A stretch of 64,000 bases of DNA from an uncultured Nitrososphaeraceae archaeon (GCA_964439995.1 CAYTQD010000002.1:1567-65566); one strand, 5' to 3'. Shown: positions 1 to 10,608, counted from the stretch's first letter. A program made the numbers and translations. The notes: a model not told the origin generated them from the sequence alone.

Positions 1-2
1 TA

Positions 3-479
3 GGTAGTGTACTTGCACAGTATGTCGGCGGATTTGAAATGCGTTCGGCAGTTGGAGCTCCGGGTATAGGTGTAGTAGAGAAGATCCGATGTCCTTCTAC
101 TCTAGGAGATCTCAGGGTTGTCATTTTGTGCCTTTCCCCTGTGTCTACAAAGAAATTTCTTACTGAGCATGCAGTAAATGGCTTTGGGGAGAAAATGTTG
201 GGGAGACTTAGCGTATCTAGAGATATAGGCGACTTCCTTGATATTTCATTTGACTTTGCCAACCGTCTTGGACTAATACGAGGCAGAAGCCAACGCCTAA
301 TCAACAGACTGAGATCGCAAGGGTTTGCTTGCAGCATAGCTTTGTTCGGGGAGACAATTTTTTCGATAGTGAATTCAAGTGATGTGGAAGATGTAGTCAG
401 CTGCCTCAAGGGACACGGTGGTAGATTTTTGGTTAGCGGCATAGACCTGGATGGAGCTAGAGTAATTGAAAAAGAGTAA
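3..479 (+). CDS. pok: Pantoate kinase (GHMP family), 5'-truncated by the window edge
   Basis: Frame is open from position 3 (GSVLAQYVGGFEMR..GAPGIG); C-terminal ALFGETIF; directly upstream of PPS, panB and coaBC. Confidence 0.85.
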   Translation, partial: GSVLAQYVGGFEMRSAVGAPGIGVVEKIRCPSTLGDLRVVILCLSPVSTKKFLTEHAVNGFGEKMLGRLSVSRDIGDFLDISFDFANRLGLIRGRSQRLINRLRSQGFACSIALFGETIFSIVNSSDVEDVVSCLKGHGGRFLVSGIDLDGARVIEKE

Positions 480-1272
480 TGACCAATACAGTGGTAACTG
501 CATCGGTACTGGCATTCATAATTCACATCTTATACCCCCAACTCACCCTCGAGCAGAGTCACTCATAATCCGAAGTGCGCTAGTTCACGGATACAGGAGA
601 GGCTTAGTTATATCTGAAGGCTTGATAGCACATGGAAGAGGTGAGGCCTTCGACTATCTATTGGGCGAAAAAACCAGCAGCACCGCACAAGGTGCTATTG
701 AGGCGGCTGCTTCGTTGTTGTTGTTGTCGAAATATCCTGTCATTTCAGTTAACGGTAATCTAGTGGCGCTTTGTGCAAAGACTATAGTGGAATTAAGTAA
801 ATTGGTTGGAGCTAAAATAGAAGTTAATCTATTTTACCGGACCGTAAGCAGGGAAAGGCTTATAAAAAATGAGCTGAAGAGGCTTGGCGCAAAAGCAATT
901 CTTGGAACAGCACAAGCTGTTATCCCAGAGCTAGAAAGTGAACGGAGACGAGTTGATCCCAACGGAATCATGAGGGCGGACACTGTTCTCGTTCCGCTAG
1001 AAGACGGCGATCGGACCGAGACGCTTGTTAAAAGGGGCAAGAAAGTAGTTGCAATAGATCTTAATCCCGTTTCTCGAACTGCCCGTCTAGCAAGTATAAC
1101 TATTGTAGATAATGCGATAAGAGCCATACCAAAAATGGTCATGATGGTTAGAAAATTACAAGATCTCGAGCTAGAACAAAGAGAAAAGGTAATGAAGAAA
1201 ATTGTCGAGGGATTTGATAATCAGAACAATCTCCTTGAATCCCTATCAATTATGCGAGGAAACATCGGGTGA
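466..1272 (+). CDS. pps: 4-phosphopantoate--beta-alanine ligase (phosphopantothenate synthetase)
   Basis: HPRAESL, IAHGRGEAFDYLLGE, VPLEDGDR and IDLNPVSRT motifs. Confidence 0.95.
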   Translation: MKKSNDQYSGNCIGTGIHNSHLIPPTHPRAESLIIRSALVHGYRRGLVISEGLIAHGRGEAFDYLLGEKTSSTAQGAIEAAASLLLLSKYPVISVNGNLVALCAKTIVELSKLVGAKIEVNLFYRTVSRERLIKNELKRLGAKAILGTAQAVIPELESERRRVDPNGIMRADTVLVPLEDGDRTETLVKRGKKVVAIDLNPVSRTARLASITIVDNAIRAIPKMVMMVRKLQDLELEQREKVMKKIVEGFDNQNNLLESLSIMRGNIG

Positions 1273-2240
1273 AAGTAGACGTGGCTAGGACGATGAGAGA
1301 AAGTAGTTCCAGTAGCACTGATATTTTTAAGAAGTGCAAGGATAGAAGACTTGGATCTAAACTCAATGAATTGTCTGAAGACAGAGACGAAAAGGTTACT
1401 ATAAACCAGATCCTTGAGATGAAGAGAAGAAAAGAAAAGGTCGCTTTCGTAACTGCTTATGACTACTCGAACGCATTGATCTTTGATAGGGCAGGAGTAG
1501 ATGGGATTCTCGTAGGAGACAGTGCGGCGATGGTGATGCTGGGATATGATAGCACTATTCCAATTGGAATGCGAGAAATGCTCTTGTTCTGCGGCGCCGT
1601 TTCGAGGGCAGCTAGAAGAGCATTAATCATAGGTGATATGCCGTTTGGATCGTATCAATGTTCATCTGCAGAAGCAGTTCGCAATGCTGTGCGTTTCATC
1701 AAGACAGGCTGTAACGCGGTAAAAATCGAAGGTGGATCTAAGGTAGTATCGCTGATAAAACATATATCGGCAGCCGGCATTCCTGTTATGGGACATATTG
1801 GCTATACCCCTCAGACATCCTCTATGTGGAGTAATTGTAGGCTCCATGGAAGAACATCAGATTCAGCCATAAATCTTGTAAAAGAAGCAGAAGAATTGGA
1901 AAAGGCAGGGGTTTTTTCGATGGTTCTAGAAATGGTAACTGATGAAATTGCTGGATTAATATCTGAAAATCTTTCGATTCCTACTATCGGGATAGGCTCT
2001 GGGTCAAAGTGCGACGGTCAAGTCCTAGTGTCACATGATTTGCTCGGATTATACCAAGACGCTCAATTTAGGTTTGTCAAACGCTATGCCGACTTATATC
2101 AGATGGTATTCGACGCCATATCTCTATATAAAAAAGAAGTAAAGGAAAAAAAATTTCCTCAAGACTCTAGTAGTTTTCATATGGACAGAAATGAGCTGAC
2201 GAAGGTTTTGAAGAAATTCAAGACAAGGGGCACAATATGA
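1269..2240 (+). CDS. panB: 3-methyl-2-oxobutanoate hydroxymethyltransferase (start uncertain)
   Basis: TAYDY, LVGDS, GDMPF, KIEGG, GHIG and GIGSG..CDGQVLV motifs. Confidence 0.96.
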   Translation: MKVDVARTMRESSSSSTDIFKKCKDRRLGSKLNELSEDRDEKVTINQILEMKRRKEKVAFVTAYDYSNALIFDRAGVDGILVGDSAAMVMLGYDSTIPIGMREMLLFCGAVSRAARRALIIGDMPFGSYQCSSAEAVRNAVRFIKTGCNAVKIEGGSKVVSLIKHISAAGIPVMGHIGYTPQTSSMWSNCRLHGRTSDSAINLVKEAEELEKAGVFSMVLEMVTDEIAGLISENLSIPTIGIGSGSKCDGQVLVSHDLLGLYQDAQFRFVKRYADLYQMVFDAISLYKKEVKEKKFPQDSSSFHMDRNELTKVLKKFKTRGTI

Positions 2241-2265
2241 TCCAGAATGATAATTATTATCAAAT

Positions 2266-3693
2266 ATGTCAATGGAGCAGGAAATCAACAGTATGAATGG
2301 TGGGACAGAGAACCCCATTAATGGAACAAGTAAGGGTAATCCTCTGGTAAAGGATATTTTTTGTTCCCGTAGTAGGAACTTGTTAGGGAAGAAAATAGTG
2401 ATATGTATCACAGGAAGCGTGGCTGCGTATAAAGCTATAGACCTAACGCGCTTGCTGATAAGGCACGGTGCTGAGGTTTTCCCTGTTATGTCAAAATCAG
2501 CCTCATCTGGTCAACTGTTGGCAAGTGATATGATGAAATGGGCATCAGGTAATAATGTTGTTACCAAACTCACGGCTAACCTGGAACATATCCTTCTTGC
2601 TGATTATAATATGTCCGACCTAATACTTGTATACCCTTGCACAGCAAACACTATAGGTAAGACGGCTAACGGGATAGACGATACACCAGTTACCTCCCTG
2701 TTGAGTGTAGCCCTAGGCTCAAATATCCCTATAATCATCGCGCCAGCAATGCACAAATCTATGTATTTTAATGCATTCATAACTGCGAATATACAGAATC
2801 TAATAAAATATGGTGTTCGGTTCATTGGTCCATTCATTTCGGAAAATAAAGCTAAGCTAGCCGACCCAGAAGAAGTGCTTCACGTTATTCTAGATATATT
2901 TAACAAACCTGTTGGATCTTCAGCACCATTTCTCCATCATCATCGTAACATCCGGGGAGCATATCAGGAAAGGGAAGAAAAAGAAGTAGATACTGACAAA
3001 ATTACGGGCGAATCTTTCTTAGGAAGAAATATCCTGGTCACGGCGGGTAGTACAGTTGAATTTATTGACCCTATTAGGATGATATCCAATCTAAGTTCTG
3101 GTAGAATGGGAAACGCTATTGCGCAAGAGGCACATAAGGGGGGAGCTAATGTTACATTAGTATATGGTCATGGATCTTGCGAACCGCAAGATGGGGAGAG
3201 AATGAATATTGTAAGGGTCAGTACTAGTGATGAAATGTATGACGTAGTTATGTCTGAGCTAGGAAAGAAGCCCTATGATGCTGCTTTCATGTCGGCAGCG
3301 ATAGCAGACTTTAAACCTTCCGTAAAACTTTCAAAAAAAATGGAGACACGAAAAAAAGGACAGATTATTTTAAGACTATCTCCTACCAAGAAGATAGTAA
3401 ATGAAATAAAAAATTATAGCAAAAATTCTAGAATTTTTTTAGTGGCGTTCAAGGCTGATTACAATAAATCTAATAAGGAGATGGTAAGTTATGCCTTGAA
3501 AAAGATGAATGAATGTAGTTGCGATTTGGTTGTTGCGAATGATGTCGGCAGAAATGGGTCTGAAGCCGGCTCTGAAACCAGCGAAGTCATAATTTTGAAC
3601 AGAAAAAAACAAGTCTTCTATCTTCCACTCCAGAAGAAAGAACTTGTCGCAAGAAAATTACTAGAATTTATGGTTGCTGGATTAGAATCGTAA
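2266..3693 (+). CDS. coaBC: Phosphopantothenoylcysteine decarboxylase / phosphopantothenate--cysteine ligase
   Basis: TGSVAAYK, PCTANT, PAMH, TAGST.E.IDPIR..SN.SSG.MG, AAIADF and VVANDV motifs. Confidence 0.96.
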   Translation: MSMEQEINSMNGGTENPINGTSKGNPLVKDIFCSRSRNLLGKKIVICITGSVAAYKAIDLTRLLIRHGAEVFPVMSKSASSGQLLASDMMKWASGNNVVTKLTANLEHILLADYNMSDLILVYPCTANTIGKTANGIDDTPVTSLLSVALGSNIPIIIAPAMHKSMYFNAFITANIQNLIKYGVRFIGPFISENKAKLADPEEVLHVILDIFNKPVGSSAPFLHHHRNIRGAYQEREEKEVDTDKITGESFLGRNILVTAGSTVEFIDPIRMISNLSSGRMGNAIAQEAHKGGANVTLVYGHGSCEPQDGERMNIVRVSTSDEMYDVVMSELGKKPYDAAFMSAAIADFKPSVKLSKKMETRKKGQIILRLSPTKKIVNEIKNYSKNSRIFLVAFKADYNKSNKEMVSYALKKMNECSCDLVVANDVGRNGSEAGSETSEVIILNRKKQVFYLPLQKKELVARKLLEFMVAGLES

Positions 3694-3742
3694 AATGAAG
3701 GAGGGGCAGACTCCAGTTCCATGGTCAATCCGTACAGGCTTT

Positions 3743-4822
3743 TCATCCCTTTACGATCAACTCTTTTGTGAATTGACATAAATTTTTTACCACACTGCCT
3801 ATTATGATACTATCTTCGATTCTTACTCCAAATCGCTCCTGCAAGTAAATTCCAGGCTCAACCGTTACTGACATGTTACGCTTCAACTTCTGCCTATTAC
3901 TGGCACGCAGCCATGGAGGCTCGTGTATATCTAAACCAAACCCGTGTCCCGTGGAATGAACAAAGAACTCCTCAAAGTTTGATTGCTTGATGACTTGCCT
4001 GCAAACATGGTCGATCTCCCCGCATGCCACGCCCTCTGACAATGCTTTGAGGCCAGACTCCTGAGATTCACGAACAACATTGTATACCTTTACCATGTCG
4101 GAGGGAATTGTTCCTAAACCAAATGTTCTTGTAGCATCAGCTATATATCCTTCATGTCTGAGAGTCAAGTCCACGACGATTAGATCCCCTGACCTTAGTT
4201 TTCGATCAGAGATCTGTGCGTGAGGCTGAGCTCCATTTGGTCCACTTGCAATTATCAAGGGATCTAACGTCCATCTGTATGAAGGAGGGCTTGCTCCCAT
4301 TTTCATAGCTTGATAGATGAGTGTGGCTTGCAATTCGCGCTCAGAAATACCCTCTTTTATCTTCTCCGTGCAAGTCATAAATAACCGGTCTAGAATGGCA
4401 GCGGTCTTGCTAATAGATAATATTTCTTTTTCATCCTTAATCATTCTGGCTTCGATGAAGGGTTCGTTATTTGCTATCAATTTATGATGATTGTCAAACT
4501 TCCCTTTGTATGCCTTAAAAACAGAGTGGTCAAAGCAGTCAGTACATGTTTTCCTATTTCTTATAGCAGACAAGAAACGGGATGTCATTTTACTACCCCT
4601 CTCTACTGAGACGATGTCACAGTCTTTAGTTGAATTGATAGCCCTTTCTGTCTCTAGCAGAGGTACGAAGAGGGTGATTTTCTGGTCTTCATCGCATAAC
4701 GCAATACCTTCACCCCAAAAGTTCGTCAGATAGAATATGTTCTCGGGATTAAATGCAGCGACCGAATCACAACCGAGTTTCCTAGCATGTTTTAAGACAA
4801 TTTGCCGACGGATTTCGTTCAT
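3743..4822 (-). CDS. Xaa-Pro aminopeptidase (M24 family)
   Basis: ADATRT, HSTGHGFGLDIHE, TVEPGIY and GVRIED motifs. Confidence 0.93.
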   Translation of the reverse strand: MNEIRRQIVLKHARKLGCDSVAAFNPENIFYLTNFWGEGIALCDEDQKITLFVPLLETERAINSTKDCDIVSVERGSKMTSRFLSAIRNRKTCTDCFDHSVFKAYKGKFDNHHKLIANNEPFIEARMIKDEKEILSISKTAAILDRLFMTCTEKIKEGISERELQATLIYQAMKMGASPPSYRWTLDPLIIASGPNGAQPHAQISDRKLRSGDLIVVDLTLRHEGYIADATRTFGLGTIPSDMVKVYNVVRESQESGLKALSEGVACGEIDHVCRQVIKQSNFEEFFVHSTGHGFGLDIHEPPWLRASNRQKLKRNMSVTVEPGIYLQERFGVRIEDSIIIGSVVKNLCQFTKELIVKG

Positions 4823-4926
4823 GAGTCTTTATAAAGTATAAACTACCGGGCCCTGTTTTATCTGTACCTAAAATTGATGCTCTAGTTATAAATAGCCGAT
4901 CCTATTTCGTTTAGCTGAGAAACAGA

Positions 4927-6072
4927 ATGGATTACCTAGTCATGTTGCCTGGCTCAACTAATGTACCCAACAGAGTTATGAATGCCATGCTAGCGCCTAT
5001 AATTAATCATAGAAGCGATGACTTTCGTGTGTTGTACAGATCATTAGTTGAAAAAATCAAGAAGACATTTCAAACTCAAAACGATGTTGTTTTATTGACT
5101 GCTTCCGGGACAGGAGCAGTAGAAGCCTCGGTTGTTAACCTAATAAAAAAAGGTGACAAGGCTATTGTTCCCGTAAGTGGAGAGTTTGGATCTAGACTTG
5201 CTGATTTAATTGACAGCTGGGGCGGGCAAGCGATTCGTGTCACTGCTTCATATGGAGAAAATCCTAAATATGGTATGATCGAAGAAGCGCTAGATCAAAA
5301 TAAAGATATTAAAGCAATTTATGCAGTCTACAATGAGACTTCGACCGGCACCACTCTCAGATACATGGACAAATTAGGAGAGCTCTGTGCCGATCATGGG
5401 GCATTTTTTGTAGCAGACGCGGTCTCAATTCTCGGAGGAGACGAGCTACCAGTCGACAAGTGGAATATTGACATTTGTATGACGGCTTCGCAAAAGGCTT
5501 TAGCTGCCCCTCCAGGGGTATCTCCTATTTCAATCAGCGAGAAGGCTAAAAAGTACATCATTTCAAACCCACCCCCTATTCTCTACCTGAACCTTAAGCG
5601 GTATTTCAAATATTATACTGATAACGTTGAAACGCCGTTTACCCCTGCCCTTCCTATATTCTATGCGTTCGACGAAGCCCTCAATATTGTATTAGAAGAG
5701 GGCTTAGACAAACGTATTAGGAGACATAAATTATGCGCTCAAGCGTTCTACAGCGGCCTAATTGAGCTCGGACTTTCGCCATATGCGCAAGAGGAAGCGC
5801 GCAGCAATGTTGTAATTTCCGCTAAATATGTTGACGGAATAGATGACAAACAATTTAGAACAACGCTGGCCAAAGATTACCGAGTTCTCATTGCAGGGGG
5901 TTTTGGAGACCTCAAAGGGAAAGTCTTTCGAATAGGTTCAATGGGAGAAGTAAATAAGTATCACGTGACAAGAACAATCTCCTCTATCATATCAGCAATG
6001 AATACCCTTGGACTGACTGTCAGCTCTGAATCTGCCTCTAAGGCATTCGAAAAGACTATCTATATTCCCTAG
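4927..6072 (+). CDS. Class V PLP aminotransferase (alanine-glyoxylate/serine-pyruvate type)
   Basis: SGTGAVE, NETSTG, DAVS, ASQKAL (PLP lysine), TPFTP and FRIGSMG motifs. Confidence 0.93.
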   Translation: MDYLVMLPGSTNVPNRVMNAMLAPIINHRSDDFRVLYRSLVEKIKKTFQTQNDVVLLTASGTGAVEASVVNLIKKGDKAIVPVSGEFGSRLADLIDSWGGQAIRVTASYGENPKYGMIEEALDQNKDIKAIYAVYNETSTGTTLRYMDKLGELCADHGAFFVADAVSILGGDELPVDKWNIDICMTASQKALAAPPGVSPISISEKAKKYIISNPPPILYLNLKRYFKYYTDNVETPFTPALPIFYAFDEALNIVLEEGLDKRIRRHKLCAQAFYSGLIELGLSPYAQEEARSNVVISAKYVDGIDDKQFRTTLAKDYRVLIAGGFGDLKGKVFRIGSMGEVNKYHVTRTISSIISAMNTLGLTVSSESASKAFEKTIYIP

Positions 6073-6099
6073 GTCTCTGGATCTCCCACCTTATTAAAC

Positions 6100-6107
6100 T
6101 TAATATA
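6100..6107 (+). promoter_or_regulatory. TATA box of a probably leaderless slyD transcript
   Basis: TTAATATA begins 30 nt before ATG 6130, preceded by an A-rich BRE-like stretch; no SD. Confidence 0.5.
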
Positions 6108-6129
6108 TGGTAAATCGATAGCAATTTTT

Positions 6130-6888
6130 ATGGCGCTCGAAAAAGGATCTCTTATTCTTATCGATTATACAGCGAAAGTCAAAGATACTAATCTTACCTT
6201 CGAAACCACGAGAGAAGAAGAAGCAAAGAAATCAGATGTTTTCGACCCGACTCACAGATACGAGCCGCGACTAATTTCTGTTGGAGAGGGATGGGTACTT
6301 AAGGGACTCGACGAAGCCTTGACAAATGCTAGTACTGGTGATAAATTGAACATAGAAATTACTCCAGACAAAGGCTTTGGTGAGAGAGATCCAAGCAAGG
6401 TACGGATGATTCCCCTTCGAAAACTTGGTGACAAGGCTGATGAGGTTGGGGTGGGGGATACCATAGAACTTGATGAGCGCATTGGGACGGTAAGACTTAT
6501 AGGTTCGGGGCGGGTTCAGGTCGATTTCAACCACAGGTTTGCTGGACGCACTCTCGTTTACGATGTCAACGTGACAAAAAAAATTGATGACGATAATGAA
6601 AAAGTGCTTTCTCTAATTAAAAGGCGATTGCCGATCGAAGAACAAAAGATAAAGTTTACCATTGAAGGGTCGAGTGTACAAATAGACCTCCCCGAGGAGA
6701 CATTCCTTGTTGACGGATTGCAAATAATTAAAAGAGCTATATCAAACGATATTTTCAAATTCGTACCGAGCGTTAAGATTGTTAGGTTTGTACAAACCTA
6801 TGTGTCCCAGTCTTCTGTCCCGAAGAAGCAAGAAGAACAGCAGTCTATTGAAAAGAGCGCCAAAGCTGCTCAACCGCAATCAGCCTAG
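6130..6888 (+). CDS. slyD: Long-type FKBP peptidyl-prolyl isomerase
   Basis: FETT, GLDEAL, FGERDP and VDFNHRFAG motifs plus archaeal C-terminal domain. Confidence 0.93.
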   Translation: MALEKGSLILIDYTAKVKDTNLTFETTREEEAKKSDVFDPTHRYEPRLISVGEGWVLKGLDEALTNASTGDKLNIEITPDKGFGERDPSKVRMIPLRKLGDKADEVGVGDTIELDERIGTVRLIGSGRVQVDFNHRFAGRTLVYDVNVTKKIDDDNEKVLSLIKRRLPIEEQKIKFTIEGSSVQIDLPEETFLVDGLQIIKRAISNDIFKFVPSVKIVRFVQTYVSQSSVPKKQEEQQSIEKSAKAAQPQSA

Positions 6889-6995
6889 CCTCGTGGAGTT
6901 ATTGTCTATTCCTACTGTTTTCCGTTGTTAGTGGGCTAGACTACTGGATACACTGGTTTCCCGCTCAACCTCATTACGGCTGAGTAAAGAACGAT

Positions 6996-8060
6996 CTAGA
7001 TTACGCCCACGTCTTTCATTAGTCTTAGGGCAGAATGCTCGTCTAAGCTTATCTTATTTAATATAGTATACCGTTCAGGCCTTAAGGATTTGGCAAGTAA
7101 AAGAGCTTTCACCATATCACTTTCCTTTACGTTTATTTCTTGGGCGGTTGTTGGAGCCCCTATCTCCCTGAGGGATTTCACTATTTGCATCCAGTCAAGA
7201 CCGTAAAGTTTGGCCATCATAATTGTTCCTAGACCTACCCGTTCGCCATGAAGTCCGCAGCTATTGCCAGCAACGTATTCTAAAGCATGACTGAACAAGT
7301 GTTCGGAACCTGAGCAGGGCCTGCTACTTCCGGCGATGCAAGCGGCCACCCCAGCACTGATTAGCGCTTCGACTATGGTTCGAATACCAAATAGCTTGTT
7401 TTTTTGGAATTTATGCGATTGCTTTATTACTATCTCGGCGCTCATGCACGCCAGATGGGCTGCGTAGGTTCCATAGTATTCGTTCCTTTCATCTCTAGCA
7501 AGTTCCCAATCCTTAACTGCAGTGATTTTTGCAACAAGGTCTCCGCAGCCACTTGCTAACAGCCTTATAGGGGCTTGAGCCAGCAGCTTGGTATCAGCCA
7601 AGACCCCGATTGGTGAGACAGCTTTAATTGAGTGAGGTCGATCCAAACCCTTTACAGAGACAAAAGGACTTGCTATTCCGTCATGGGATGCAGAGCTTGG
7701 CACGCTAATAAAAGGTTTGGATAATCTAAACGCCGTCATCTTGGCAACATCCACTGAACGCCCGCCGCCCAGCCCCACTACAAAATCAGGAGAGTAATTT
7801 TCAAGACGACTCTGCAGCCTATTTACTGAGTCCATGGAGGCATCAGTAACTATATGCCATGAACTTTTCAATGACGACCCTTCAATCGAAGCGTTGCAAG
7901 GTTTTCCGACATTCGCTTGAACAGTACGACCGGTCACAACCGCGATCTTCGAGGCATTGTGGTTAAGATCAAGTAAGAATGGGCCTAGATTACCTATTAC
8001 GTTGTCTCCTATCAGGATCCTTCTGGGCAGTTCCATCAAGTGAGCCGGCGTAGTACTCAA
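6996..8060 (-). CDS. egsA: sn-glycerol-1-phosphate dehydrogenase
   Basis: GGGRSVD, SHDGIAS, SRPCSGSEHLFSH, HGERVG and RPERYTIL motifs. Confidence 0.97.
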   Translation of the reverse strand: MSTTPAHLMELPRRILIGDNVIGNLGPFLLDLNHNASKIAVVTGRTVQANVGKPCNASIEGSSLKSSWHIVTDASMDSVNRLQSRLENYSPDFVVGLGGGRSVDVAKMTAFRLSKPFISVPSSASHDGIASPFVSVKGLDRPHSIKAVSPIGVLADTKLLAQAPIRLLASGCGDLVAKITAVKDWELARDERNEYYGTYAAHLACMSAEIVIKQSHKFQKNKLFGIRTIVEALISAGVAACIAGSSRPCSGSEHLFSHALEYVAGNSCGLHGERVGLGTIMMAKLYGLDWMQIVKSLREIGAPTTAQEINVKESDMVKALLLAKSLRPERYTILNKISLDEHSALRLMKDVGVI

Positions 8061-8123
8061 ATCTCAGATTAATCCAAACTGCACAAAGAAGTGAGCACTA
8101 TCAGAATATGCGTTAAGCGGCAG

Positions 8124-8501
8124 TTAGCCTGCTTGTTCGTCACCTACACCAGTCGGTTGATCCAAAGTCTTCTCGCTAGCTCCCGCAATTTCTGCAGTCG
8201 CATAACCTCTGCCAACCTTGGTTATTCTTATTCTTACGCCATCTCCAACTTTCGTTCCAATCACAAAGATTACAAGGCCTTCCACCTTAGCAACCCCAGC
8301 GTCCCCTCTCTTACTCATTGACTCTATCCTTACGTCAAACTCTTCTCCAACCCTTACTGGTGACGGTCGAAGAGATCTCATACCTCCAAAGGCACCACGA
8401 CTCCTAGACCCATATCCACCATAATTGACATTTGGTCGATATCCACCAGCGTCCTTACTTTCGTCTAAACCTCCGTCAGAACCCGAATCCATATTTTCCA
8501 A
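8124..8501 (-). CDS. Single TRAM-domain RNA-binding protein with Gly/Arg-rich N-terminus
   Basis: PVRVGEEFDVRIESMSKRGDAGVAKVEGLVIFV...V.IRITKVG..YATA. Confidence 0.9.
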   Translation of the reverse strand: MENMDSGSDGGLDESKDAGGYRPNVNYGGYGSRSRGAFGGMRSLRPSPVRVGEEFDVRIESMSKRGDAGVAKVEGLVIFVIGTKVGDGVRIRITKVGRGYATAEIAGASEKTLDQPTGVGDEQAG

Positions 8502-8652
8502 AATTTCTCAGTGGGCTATTATGAATCTACATACTATTTCAACTTTGATATTTCGGTAAACTGGAAAACGAAACACTCTTTAACAGTGAAATTTTAATAC
8601 CTATTAGAATCGCAACGGTAACTCTTGTTGTTTAGAATAATGACGTGATAAT

Positions 8653-10533
8653 ATGCGACAGAATCTACCTTTAAATGGCCATAATAATCAGAATATAATG
8701 GCTTCTATACTTCAAAGTCTTCCCAGAGAATCGCGCCTAACTAAGATAGAATATGAGGGTCCTAACATTGCGCTGTATTCAGACAATCCGACGTATCTTT
8801 TGAGGAATAGCCAGATAATTTCTAATATGGTAAATAAGTTGAAAAAAAGAATAGTAGTTAGGACTGACGAATCTATCCGCAAGTCTGAGAATGAAACTTT
8901 ATCTCTGCTAACTGGTGTATCAAAAGAAATTCAGCGAGATAACACTTTTTTTGACCATGCTTTGGGAGAAGTAATCACATATATCGAAGATCCCTTTAGA
9001 CTTTCTAGCGCAGAAGTTAACTACGAAATAACTGAATTAACCGGCTGGAGACTGAAACTCAGAAAAAAACCATCAAGTATGCGTGTTTTAGCCAATATTA
9101 ATAAAATTCGCTTTGATAAGGCTGACGAACGCATCCAGTTCTATAAGGACGTTGGGGAACGGATATTTAGATCAAAATTGGATGAGTCGTCAGCAGAGGC
9201 CAGTATTGTCGCTCTCGGAGGATTTGCCGAAGTTGGACGATCTGCAATGTTATTGTCAACACACGAAAGTAAGATTCTGCTCGACTGTGGACTAAATCTG
9301 TATGCAAGTGAATCGTTGGATATCTTACCTAGGCTAGACATAACGGGCCTAGGAATCAACGATCTCGATGGTGTGGTCGTAAGTCATGCCCATTTATCGC
9401 ATAGCGGTCTAGTGCCCTTTCTCTTTAAGTACGATTATGACGGCCCAGTTTATTGTTCAGAACCAACCATGCCCCTAATGAATCTGGAACAAACAGACTA
9501 CGTTAGAAGATCCGATGGTAATGCGATTTATTCATATGAAGACATTGAAAAGGTGGTCATTAACACTATCCCTCTTAATCTAGGTGTGGTCACAGATATT
9601 TCCCCAGATGTAAAGCTAACTCTCGGTAATTCATCCCATATCCTAGGGTCTAGTATTATGCATTTACATATAGGGAACGGAGATCACAACGTTGTATACA
9701 CAGGCGATATACGTTTCAGAGATTCAATTTTGTTCGAAAAACCTGTTTCTAACTTCCCGAGAGTGGAAACCCTCATAATTGAGAGTACCTACGGAAATAA
9801 AGAGGACGTCTTTCCTGATTATGAGCTTGCAGTTAATCATTTAGTTGACAGTATAAATTCTGTCCTCACTAACAAAGGAGTAGTACTTATCCCGGTGCCG
9901 AAGATTGGATTAGCACAGGAGATCTTATTAATAATTGAAAGATACCTTGCCTTGGGTAGAATAGTAGAAACAGAGGTCCTGGTTGAAAAGGCTATAGCTG
10001 ACGTTTCATCGATTCATGAAGTTTACTCCGACTATCTCTCAGAAGAAATAAGGAAAATCGTATATCAAGCTGCACAAAACCCATTTCAGTCAAAATACTT
10101 TAAAACGGTCGAATCATATATCCTCCAAAGTGAGCCAGCGATTGTAATTTCTCCATTATTCACGAAGGATTCGGGGTCATCCTTACACTACCTGAAACAA
10201 CTGTCTCGAAGACAAGAAAGCAAGATTATACTGGCTTCATACCAAGTACCCGGAAGTCTTGGGAGGTTTATTGAAGAAGGAGCAAGACAGGTATCAATCG
10301 GCGGCCAGGAATTCGATATTCGTTGTATGGTAGAGAAAATTGAAGGACTAGATGTTCATTGCGATTATGGCCAGCTTATAACTTATGTTAGCAGACTCAG
10401 ACAAAAACTGAGGCGAGTTTTGGTTAATCATGGTGAGCGAACCAAGGTCCAAAATCTTGCAACGTCATTAAATAAAGTGCTAAAGATACAAACTCAACAT
10501 CCTTTAGTTTTAGAAGCAATAAAACTAGTTTAG
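8653..10533 (+). CDS. KH-domain beta-CASP ribonuclease (aCPSF1/FttA-like) with a degenerate active site
   Basis: KIEYEGP N-terminus, LGG..EVGRS, LLDCG, HILGS, YTGD, ESTYG and NHGE; motif II reads HAHLSH. Confidence 0.88.
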   Translation: MRQNLPLNGHNNQNIMASILQSLPRESRLTKIEYEGPNIALYSDNPTYLLRNSQIISNMVNKLKKRIVVRTDESIRKSENETLSLLTGVSKEIQRDNTFFDHALGEVITYIEDPFRLSSAEVNYEITELTGWRLKLRKKPSSMRVLANINKIRFDKADERIQFYKDVGERIFRSKLDESSAEASIVALGGFAEVGRSAMLLSTHESKILLDCGLNLYASESLDILPRLDITGLGINDLDGVVVSHAHLSHSGLVPFLFKYDYDGPVYCSEPTMPLMNLEQTDYVRRSDGNAIYSYEDIEKVVINTIPLNLGVVTDISPDVKLTLGNSSHILGSSIMHLHIGNGDHNVVYTGDIRFRDSILFEKPVSNFPRVETLIIESTYGNKEDVFPDYELAVNHLVDSINSVLTNKGVVLIPVPKIGLAQEILLIIERYLALGRIVETEVLVEKAIADVSSIHEVYSDYLSEEIRKIVYQAAQNPFQSKYFKTVESYILQSEPAIVISPLFTKDSGSSLHYLKQLSRRQESKIILASYQVPGSLGRFIEEGARQVSIGGQEFDIRCMVEKIEGLDVHCDYGQLITYVSRLRQKLRRVLVNHGERTKVQNLATSLNKVLKIQTQHPLVLEAIKLV

Positions 10534-10608
10534 TGTCGCCAGGCATATGGAACTTGTTACAAGTTACCATGTGTTTTTGTACCAAACAACGATGTTTGTT
10601 GTCTGCGT

